Assembly (NCBI GenBank): GCA_904063045.1
Contig: CAJFCJ010000002.1
Coordinates: forward strand, 2,661,891 to 2,725,890
Direction: 5' to 3'
Source: Dimorphilus gyrociliatus
Lineage: Eukaryota > Animalia > Annelida
DNA: 64,000 nucleotides
Notes under the pieces: model-generated
What the model was told of the DNA's origin: nothing
Databases searched by the model: none
Seen by the model: only the letters and a program-made list of their open reading frames with translations
Program-made: the position numbers and the translations under genes
Part shown: piece after piece, positions 54,612 through 64,000 of the stretch
Layout: each line of letters opens with the position of its first letter
Numbering within the stretch: the stretch's first letter is position 1

Positions 54612-57184
54612 AAGTGTAGAGCAAATAGTGTTAGGTTGTTCTGCCCCAAAATTTTACACCCTTATAATACACTCTTTGAAGATTTTGTGTAGCCATGTAG
54701 GCCCTTATTTACTTTACCGCAGCCTTTTTTTTTACTTTTTGGTAGATAATCCATCAAATAACGATTACACTTGATCTTGTAACCGTAACAATAAACCTTT
54801 AGCACGTTTGGTTACCCTTTACTATATTTTGCCAGGTTAAATGTTTCCAAACGTATTTTCGCTCCGTTCTTTATTTTTCTTAATTCTAACTTATCTAATA
54901 ATTAGTAAACAAACAAATAAATTGTAATTAGTCTAATTGATTAAACTATGCTAATTATATAATGACTACTTAAAGACCAATGAATAGCAAATATCATTCG
55001 ATAGTTAGAATAATAATATCTACATAATTATTACGTCAATTAATTCTTTTGATTGCGGTATTACAGAAGAACTTTAGCAACAGTTAATCTAATAAATGTA
55101 GAGATGAACAAAAAGTAAATTAGAGGGAATACTTTTCGATGCAAGAATGGTAGAATGTGATGAAGAGTTGTAATTGGGTGGCATCAATACATATAATTGA
55201 AGATAAAAGAAAATCGCTGAGAACTTTAGTGGATAAAAACCTTTGATTTTGCTTTTGTAAATTCCCAAAGTAAATACTGACATGACAAATTATTTATAAA
55301 TTATTAATAACATTTATAAAATTTACAGTTGACATGTTTCAACGTAATTTGTCATCTGAAATATGTAGTTTGTCCATATTTGATTCTTAATCTTGTTTCT
55401 TTTTTCATCTTTCGGCGTTCTATTTTCTCTTTTTTCTTTTTTCTATGCCAATTGTTTTTTGGGAATGAAGGAATAATTCAAGTCTGACATTTAAAATGTT
55501 ACGTTTTATTCCTAAAATAGACGTCATTATGCAACAAACTATACTTAATATCCATTAATGAAAGGTCAAAGTCCCGCTATTAGACGATTAAAGTTAAGAT
55601 AGTCATAAATTAAAACTTTAAATATTATATAATAGGAAATAAATATTTAGAATTAATGATAGAGTTTTTCCAAGAAGTTTTGATATTCGTTAGAAATCTA
55701 ACTTTCACTGAGATCAGTACTTTTTGTATTACATATATATATATATATATATATTTAATATTAACTAAAAGGTGTCGCATTAATCTCTCTCTCTCTCTAT
55801 GCATATTTATTTATTAAATAATAGAACCAAGCCTATACCAAGAAAGTGTCAAGTAAAGAAAGGTTAAAGAAGTATTTTGATAAAGACAAGTTAGAATTAT
55901 TTGTATAATAATTAAAATATTCTAGTTGACTTTCTTTTAATCTAAATTATTGATCAATGTAGAAAGATGCTTCTATTGTATAATGGTATTATCTTTATTT
56001 AACAGGGGTGTAAAGTGAAACTAAAAACCATTTGATGGTATGTAACCTGAGAAAAATGGTAATTTATCTTTAAATTAGACAAGGATTTAGTTGTCAGTTT
56101 TAGGGTATCGTTTAAATATGTTATTTGAAGGCTATTCATTCTAGATAGAGTATACCGAAGTAGAACATTTCTCTAAATATTGGGGCCTGTTTTTAAATAT
56201 TCGTAGCTGATTGGCTCTTGTAGACAATTTATCGCCCCCTGGTATTCTAACGTAAATCTATTTTGGAAGGGCAATTATACCGATTATCCTTGGCACTGAT
56301 ATTCATCACGCACATCACGATGCATTTTAGAGAATTATTAATAGATACAACGTTAAAACTGACTCATGGGGTGAATGACCTCTTTCGGAAATTTGCTTCT
56401 TTTTGTCATTTCCTTCATTATTTTGGAGATTTCCAAATCAAATATGAACTATATATATGCTATATAGTATATGCTCAGTATTCTAAAATAATTTACAACC
56501 ATAACAACATGTAACACAATTGATGACATTGAATAAATTAATAATTACCTAATAGTGATAAATTTCCTAATTAACATGAATGTAGATTTAATTCATACGA
56601 AAAGTTCCTATGAAGCGGATGGTACATGAATAAACCATTCGAATGGGGGCGAAACTTTTGTATTCATTGCACTTAAGAATAGAGTGGAGAGTAAACGCCA
56701 CCACATCCTCTAATTATATTACGTCATGTTTTAATTAGTGCATCTTTAATAGAAAATATACGTGAATGTGCATTTATGAATGAGAAATTAAATTACATTA
56801 AATGGATTGACTTTGGGAATAAGAAAATCCATCAAGAGAATGAAAGTAGGCGTGTACATCACTAGATTTATTATTTCTTTTTTTTATAATAGCTTTTAAT
56901 AAATTAATTAGTAGAGTCTTTGTTATTTCGAATCTTAGAATGTCATTTTAGGTGCAGTTTTATTATTCCAGCTTCTTTGCGTTACTATAGTGATTATAGA
57001 CTATTCTTTTTGACACGAAAAGAGGACATTGTTAACTAATGATATTGTAAAAAGAGGAAGAAAATCACTTTGAAATATCTTTCTCTTAACTTGACAGATA
57101 AACAGTAGGCTTTTGAATAAGATTGAAAGGCGTGGAGTAAGGTTATTTGTATGTTTGAAATTAGGTAAGAAAAAACTACATCTT

Positions 57185-57600
57185 GACAAATTCTTGACAG
57201 TTAGACGAAAAAAAGTAATAGTTAGCGTCCCGCGTTGAATATCAGATTTCTACACGCGAGGTACAAAGGTGTACATCTTTACTTCTAATCCTTTTCCCAA
57301 GGGGAGTTTTCTTACACTCAAGGCAAAAGTGGGACGCTAACGCAGCGTCCTCCCCTTTCTCTAGCATCTTGACGTATAGGGATGAAGTATTTAAGGGGTC
57401 ACGTTTGTTATTTTTAATAATGCTGACGAGAAGGGGCCGGGTGTCATGCTGAGCGTCTAAGAAATTCTACACAAGAACTGTAATCTGGCGTTGCATTTTG
57501 CGGAGTTCTCGTTGTCGCAGCTGTCAACCGACTGTTTGATATATGAATCGCTAATGGACTCGATTAGCGAAGTAGACACTCTTGACAAGTGTCGACATCT
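57185..57600. repeat. Duplicated non-coding element, copy 2 (direct paralog of 49015-49432)
   Basis: Same blocks in the same order and at similar spacing as copy 1. Confidence 0.85.
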
Positions 57601-58155
57601 GGTTGTAGGATATATAACTAACCATCTAGTTCCTTTAAATATTTCATTTGTGAATACGTAATAGCGATTATGTTTGTTTGAACTGTGAAGGTTAATGGGG
57701 TCATAATGTTTGTTCATTCTTCTCGAATTTGCGGCCTATAAGGAGAAAATTCTATATTTAACGTTTCTTGTCCGATTAGTGTAGTTTGTTTGTAATGGTA
57801 TGAGATATTAGAAGGGCAACATTAAATAACTTTAGACAAAAATTAACAGTTGACGAATATTTCATATTTTATGCAGTATAAGCGTTTTTGTTTTTCAACG
57901 TACTACTTATTATGAATTGTTTGGCTTATCTAACCTAATTTAAACGTGTTTGTATAAATAGTACTGTGTTATACCATATGATACACTGCAACCACATTTT
58001 TAGATATCGATATTTTAAATGAAATAGTGATTAATACATATATCAAACTATTATAATCTATTATAAACATATAGCAAATACGAAGATTGCTTAGCCATAA
58101 ATAGTACTTGTGTGACTTTATAGTAAATTTGTCAATAACAAAAAAGATAAAATTA

Positions 58156-59217
58156 TTAAAACCACGTAGAATCCAAGTGAGAAATAGCTACTTTAGGGGA
58201 ATTGTAATCGTTGGTATATAAATGGCTACGAGTATTATAGGCTGAGTTTTCTACTGTTTCACTACCGTAGAATTGTTTCTGATTTTGATTTTCTATTCTT
58301 CCACATTTCCATGATTGGTTGACGGCTTTCTTTATTCTTGGGCTGAGGAATGCAGCCAAATAAAATCTACTACAAATGGGGAATAGTGAGAGGAGTCTGC
58401 AGAATATATGCGCATCTTTAAGCCAATCATTCGAGAGGTCGTGTGAAGAGAAACGTCTCACCTCGGTAAATGTTGAGGTAACAATAAATGGTATAGAGAA
58501 GATGATTTGTGTCCATCCCAAGGTGAGCGCAAGTCTTTTGCAGCATAAATCGGCTCTGTCGTTTATGCTGGCTCCTCTAAACACTTTAATAAGGAGTTTA
58601 ACGGAGCAGAAAAGAGTTACTAGGACAGGAGCCCAATTGGCTGCTACTAGTTCAACAACGACTCGAAGGTAAAAGTCGAAAAATAGTCTATAGGAGCTGG
58701 TACACGGTGTTGCTAGGTGTAGACTAGTGTCGCTGTTACCCTCAGCCATAACAACAAATGGGAAACAGGCTGCAACAGCTATGAGAGTTGACGTCATAGC
58801 AACTTGCCAGTTTCTTGAAGTTTCGACAGATTTCTTCGTGATGCAAAATTCGGCCACCAACGCACAGACGAGCCAAGTAGACAATATTTTCGCTCCAACA
58901 TTAGAGAATATTCCTACCCGACAACGCCAGTTAGAAGAGCCGTAGAGAGCATCATATGATGTAATAGATGTCAAGTCATGAGCGTGACAAACATTGAAAA
59001 CTGATTCAATGCCTCGGATTATTAATTGAACGCCATCGCAAATGGAGAATGCTGCCATGAAAACAGCTGCTGATAAAGTTTTAGACAAAGGGATGCTGAT
59101 TTTCAAATTGGCCGCACATCCAATTAGGCCTAATCCGCAAGATGCCAGTGTGACGTAATCAGTATATAATGCAGTTTTATCATTGAACTCGTACGGTTTT
59201 TCGATGCTCATTGTCAA
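58156..59217 (-). CDS. Intronless divergent class-A (rhodopsin-like) GPCR, peptide-receptor/chemoreceptor-like orphan, 353 aa
   Basis: Seven hydrophobic segments. TM1 GLIGCAAN, TM2 AAFSICD, ECL1/TM3 WRC, TM3 STWLVCALVAEF, TM6 FSIP and TM7 RFYLAAFLSPRIKK occupy the expected positions. Confidence 0.8.
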   Translation of the reverse strand: MTMSIEKPYEFNDKTALYTDYVTLASCGLGLIGCAANLKISIPLSKTLSAAVFMAAFSICDGVQLIIRGIESVFNVCHAHDLTSITSYDALYGSSNWRCRVGIFSNVGAKILSTWLVCALVAEFCITKKSVETSRNWQVAMTSTLIAVAACFPFVVMAEGNSDTSLHLATPCTSSYRLFFDFYLRVVVELVAANWAPVLVTLFCSVKLLIKVFRGASINDRADLCCKRLALTLGWTQIIFSIPFIVTSTFTEVRRFSSHDLSNDWLKDAHIFCRLLSLFPICSRFYLAAFLSPRIKKAVNQSWKCGRIENQNQKQFYGSETVENSAYNTRSHLYTNDYNSPKVAISHLDSTWF

Positions 59218-60800
59218 AAAGCTCTTATTTATTTATACCCAAGTCGAAAGAGTTTGTTCTATTAAATGTAGAAAGAAGAATTAATGAAGTTAATAAGCAT
59301 TAAGCGATGAATGTAATATAGTATTATAGACTAACAGTAAGCTTTCGTACTTTATTATTTCATATAGACAAAACAGCGTTAGTATTAAAAGAAAGGCTTT
59401 ATTTAAAAGATCATTTTAAGCAAATTCGGGTTGCAATGAGATATTCTTAATTAATTATAATGATTAATTGGGGGGAAATAGATCCTTACAAATAATAAAT
59501 AATCATTTTAATATTAGAAGGAATGATAAAATTTTTATTCTTCAATATTTATAACAATTTCACCTAAAACAGTCTCCAACGTCTTGAACTTGAAAGGAAA
59601 AGCTTCACAGTATTAATGGATGTGACCTAAATGTTCCGCTTCAAATAGAAATCAAATGGAATATACTTCCTTTTATAATAGCGAGATAAATGACGATCTT
59701 TATAGTAAGTAAACATGTGCAAACAATAGAAAATAATTAACGCTCCCCATCTACCATTCCTTTGACAATGCTCTTTATCGATTTTTTGTTCTTTTATAAC
59801 TTTTTAAGCAACATCTAACTAATTTTTTATGCTATTTTCAAAAAAAAATGAAAAAAATCGAAAAGTGTTCAATAAAATTCAAAAGAAATTGAACTTGAAT
59901 ACTGCAAAGTAAATTTTTTTTATAGCTCATAAACCTTAATTTAAGAAAAAATCGATGAAACTTTTAAAGACCCCTCTCTCTCTCATTCTATACATAAGCT
60001 AATATATTAGTATATATATATATATATATATAATATAAACCTTGTACTCTATTTACCTAATTACTTGTTTAATACCCAACTGTGAAGATAATATTGTTTC
60101 AATCTATCATCTGAATAGTTTAATTAATGAAGTGATACAACGTTTCTAATATACTTTTGAATTCTTTTAATTTAGGAGAACAAACTATAAAAATGGGTAA
60201 ATACAATCGAAGTATTATTGATAGCTATTAAACTGTGATAGTATAAATATTGACAAATGAATATTAATTTCATTTATTTCTGATACTATATGAAACATTT
60301 ACATAATGCTATGCTATAAATTTTTGGACAGTATCCCCAAGAATAAAAATAGTAAACTGGTTTACATTATATATGATTTTAAATAGGCTAAATAAAAAAT
60401 TGATAAGTTGCCCCTTTAATAACCTTATTCATATTAAATCGAAAACAATGTGTTATTTTTATGTGAGCTATTTTAGTCAATAGTTACATTTTATATAGCC
60501 TATGAGCAGTTTTCCTGACGTAATCATATCTTCTATCGAAATAGCTTATATACTGTACAAAAAAAAAGAGATTTCTACCTGTCTCTTATTTTTGTTCGTT
60601 TAGCATTTTTCCTTTTTAAAGGTCAAAATTGTTAATGAATAAAATTTTAAACAATATTAGATACAGTTATACGTGTATTTAGTATTTAATAAGCTAATTT
60701 CCTTATGTTTACTACGCTATGAATAAATTATTTCTAATTTAGTTTACTTAAATAAATTAGTTTTCAACAGGTTAATTTATATTTATATGCATATAAATTC

Positions 60801-60806
<6 letters not shown>

Positions 60807-60852
<46 letters not shown>
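60807..60852. repeat. (TA)n microsatellite
   Basis: About 23 uninterrupted TA units. Confidence 0.95.
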
Positions 60853-60862
<10 letters not shown>

Positions 60863-62740
60863 TGATATACTAATATATTAGTACATGTATATTTATTAAA
60901 ACAAACATATATAAATTTATACTACAAACTCATCTTTGTACTACTTTTACAATACTATAAATAGGAAATATATATATCATCCTTACGATTTTGTTGTTAA
61001 TTCCATTCAATACTGAAAACCTTAAGAGCTTCAACTAGAGATCAGATGCAATTTTATTGCAGTAGAGTTAGTTATCTGTACTAGTGGCGCCAATTTCTAT
61101 AATTTACTTAATTATCGCTCGGAAAATTTTTTTCCGTAAATCTTAAATTCTTGGCAATGAGATTAAAGAATAAAGAAAGAAATATTTTATTAAAAGATAT
61201 TATGTGAAAAACGTTTTATTTTTTCTTTATAACCTTAAATCTAAAGTAAAATAGAATTTTATTTTCGTCATTTTCAATGGGGCAAACTGTCAGTATTTAT
61301 ACGGACTTGCCATTAGCATCGCAAATCGACATTCTTGTTGCTAGGTAACGTGTGTGTGAACTAAGGCATGTGTTAGACTGTTTTTGCTACATATATATAC
61401 ATATATATTTTAAACACAATACATAATTAATTAAAGCAATAGAATAAAATTAATAATAAAATGAAAAGGTTTACGCTATTGCTTAAATAAAGAGAATATC
61501 ATAGTATAAAAGATAAAAATTCAAGACGTGAGCGTCTAATAGTTAATAATAAAAGAGAAGCTATTATTATTCGCTAACAAGATATATAAGATCTACGTAT
61601 ATAGTTTTTTCCAAGAAAATTCCAAATAAGAATATATCTAATTATTGATATTTTCGTAATTCGGACTTGGTAATATTGTCGTTTTGGTATATTGATACAT
61701 TTCACTATATAGTATATAAACACATTAGAAAATAGATTGATTTTTTTTATATAGTTTTACCACAATCACTAAAGATGAAATATTTAGTTTTGGTAGCTGG
61801 GCCGATAATACAAATAAGATACTTGTATTTAAAAAATGTAGATAGACAAAAGCCTTGCTTTATAATTATGAAACTAAATATTACATCAGCAATAATCATT
61901 TATTATTAAATAATCATATACAGTTTTAATAATCATAGTTTTTTTAATTTATAATAATCTGCTATAGCTTACTATCTTTATATACTTTTTAATAAAAAAA
62001 TTTGACAATAAACACAACTAAAGGTGAATTGTTATCAACTATGGAATATTGGAGTGCTTACCACGTTTTTAGTATTTCCTTATTTTTTTTTATAAAAAAA
62101 AAACAAATAATAAATTAAAAACGAGAAAATTCAATTATAAAGTTTATTTTTGTCAATAATTGTTGTGATCAGGTTGTAAAAATACGTAAGTCTGTGATAA
62201 CAAATGTTTGTACTCCTATAGATTGTTCTTTACATTAACATTCTACATTTGTTTTTAGATGACTTACTCCCATTCGTTTATTAATAATAAGATACATATA
62301 AAACATTCACTTTCACAATAAAACTTTAACTGATCCTATTATGTAAAGAAACTTTGACGGTTTGTATTTTATATTGTTGATATGCAGGGTGCAAATATAA
62401 AAATGATGGCCTTTTCTTCTTCTTTGTAACAATGACAAACAAGAGAAATAATAATAATAATAATAATTAAGACAGTACCCAATGCAGAGTTTTGTTTTTG
62501 ATTATGACTATAAGTTTTGTAAAGTGAAAACATAAAAATGGCACACATAAGAGAAATGATCCTATTTTTATTTTGGTGTTAATACTAATAATAACAAGAA
62601 TAAAAAAAAAGGTACTTAAGAAAAAATTCTTTCCTTACTCAGATAAGAAGTTTGGCTATAATAAAAATAAAGAACCACATCTACAGGGTATGAGGATTAT
62701 TTTTTTTCTACAAATACTTATACAGCATAAGTATAATTGA

Positions 62741-63812
62741 TTAACTGCAAATTTTTTCTGTTTCGCATATAGAGTATGCCCTATCTGAACAATCTGCTGA
62801 TTCCCAAAAACTAGTATCTGGTTTTGTAACAATTTTCATACATAATCTTGAAAATGATCTTGTAGATCTGAAATTTGGTGGTTCGTTCGGTCCCCAATTC
62901 TCATGAACTATTTCATTTGGATTTGTTGTATCCTCGTCGTACCAAACCCAAAAGTTCCTTGGAATATTGAACATAGCAGACGTCCAATATTTTTGAGTTT
63001 GCGATGGATCTGTAAAAGCGTGAAATAACAGTTTTGCGCCATCTGTTGGTTAGGTATATAATACAACTTTACCTAAATCCTTAATTTTGTTTGCGATGAA
63101 AGAATCCTCTTTTGCAGTATTTAGCGCAATCAAACGGGCACCTAAACTTGCACAATTAAGTATAGCCGAGCCAAACGTTTTTGCTTGTCTAACGATATGA
63201 TAACAAGATGGAACTGTCCTCGAACCTGGGAAAAAACCAGCGGGACACACTCCTTGACCGTTTTCCTCTAATAGTAATAGTTAATAAAGATTTAATTAAA
63301 AATGTGTTAAGAATAATACAGATAGCGTGCAACTTACGATTAGCAATACTTCTAACTTGAGAATAAATATCATTTACAACTTGTGCTAATTTGACGTACA
63401 ATGAGTTTATTCTTTCAAATTCTCTCTTCAAATCACCGTTAACCTCACACTTAAAGCCTTTTTGGCAAACGTCGTTGTCTAGATTATTACCAGGCGGGCC
63501 AGGAGGACCGGGAGGTCCTGCAATAACCCTTACAGTTGGTGGTTCGTCAGCTCCCAAATTAGGGCAGTTATTATTAGAGCAAAACATTATTCCTGCACTA
63601 AATGTGATAGGAAAGTTTAAGTTATCAAACAAGTATGATCTGTTTGTTTTGTATCCAGCAACTGGGGCAGCAGCATTTCCTCTCCAAACCAAATGTGGTC
63701 CGTTCTCTTTCATTATGTACTTAACTGGTATCTTTTGACTACCGGGTGTATAAAGGCCCAAATAATGATTGGGGGTTATTGTTGGTTGCAACTGGGAAGG
63801 TATATCATGCTG
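62741..63812 (-). CDS. Collectin-like protein (short Gly-Pro-Pro collagen segment, coiled-coil neck, C-type lectin domain), 5'-truncated; exons 63812-63338, 63267-63073, 63009-62741
   Basis: GPPGPPGPPG, heptad neck LKREFERINSLYVKLAQVVNDIYSQVRSIA, and CTLD CPAGF...CYHIVRQAKTFGSAILNCASLGARL...YW...WGPNEP...C...W...DC...ICE. Introns are GT-AG and in phase. Confidence 0.85.
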
Positions 63813-64000
63813 CAATAGATTGAATAAAGTATATTTAAGTTTTCTTTAGATTTAACAAGACAGTAGGCAAAAAGACCTCAATAAAAAAGACTGAATGTGT
63901 TAAATAGAAAGGGAAGAAGCAGAAAAGTGAAAGAAAAACATAAAGGGAGAAATAGATAAAGAAAGGACGAAAGAAATAATGAGAGAAAGAGGAAAGGAGA

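Noticed and set aside
57457-57717. 86-aa minus-strand ORF over duplicated element copy 2
   Set aside because: Copy 1 has a frameshift and stops, and substitutions show no synonymous bias, so it is treated as non-coding.

Overview
AT-rich eukaryotic (animal) genomic DNA with mostly short GT-AG introns, consistent with a compact invertebrate genome; a lophotrochozoan origin is my inference only. Genes reconstructed by hand: 3' part of membralin/TMEM259 (+), an alpha-arrestin (-), a FAAH-family amidase (-) with an intronless LRR-like single-pass membrane gene nested in one intron, an SLC23/NAT transporter (-), two tandem BMI1/Psc-like PCGF genes (-; about 498 and 627 aa), an intronless divergent class-A GPCR (-), and the 3' part of a collagen/neck/C-type-lectin gene (-). 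The most interesting part is the PCGF pair. Each has a long basic disordered tail with a different candidate co-repressor motif (eh1-like and LxIxIxL in copy A, PLDLS in copy B). They sit in about 31 kb of non-coding DNA dense in E-box, YY1-like, CTCF-like and TAGGCCTA motifs. That DNA also holds a duplicated ~415-bp element with a conserved hairpin and a 49-bp inverted copy of a PCGF-B cassette exon. No rRNA, tRNA, CRISPR array or autonomous transposon was recognised. Exon models rest on splice consensus, phase compatibility and recalled family motifs, not on database searches or RNA data.
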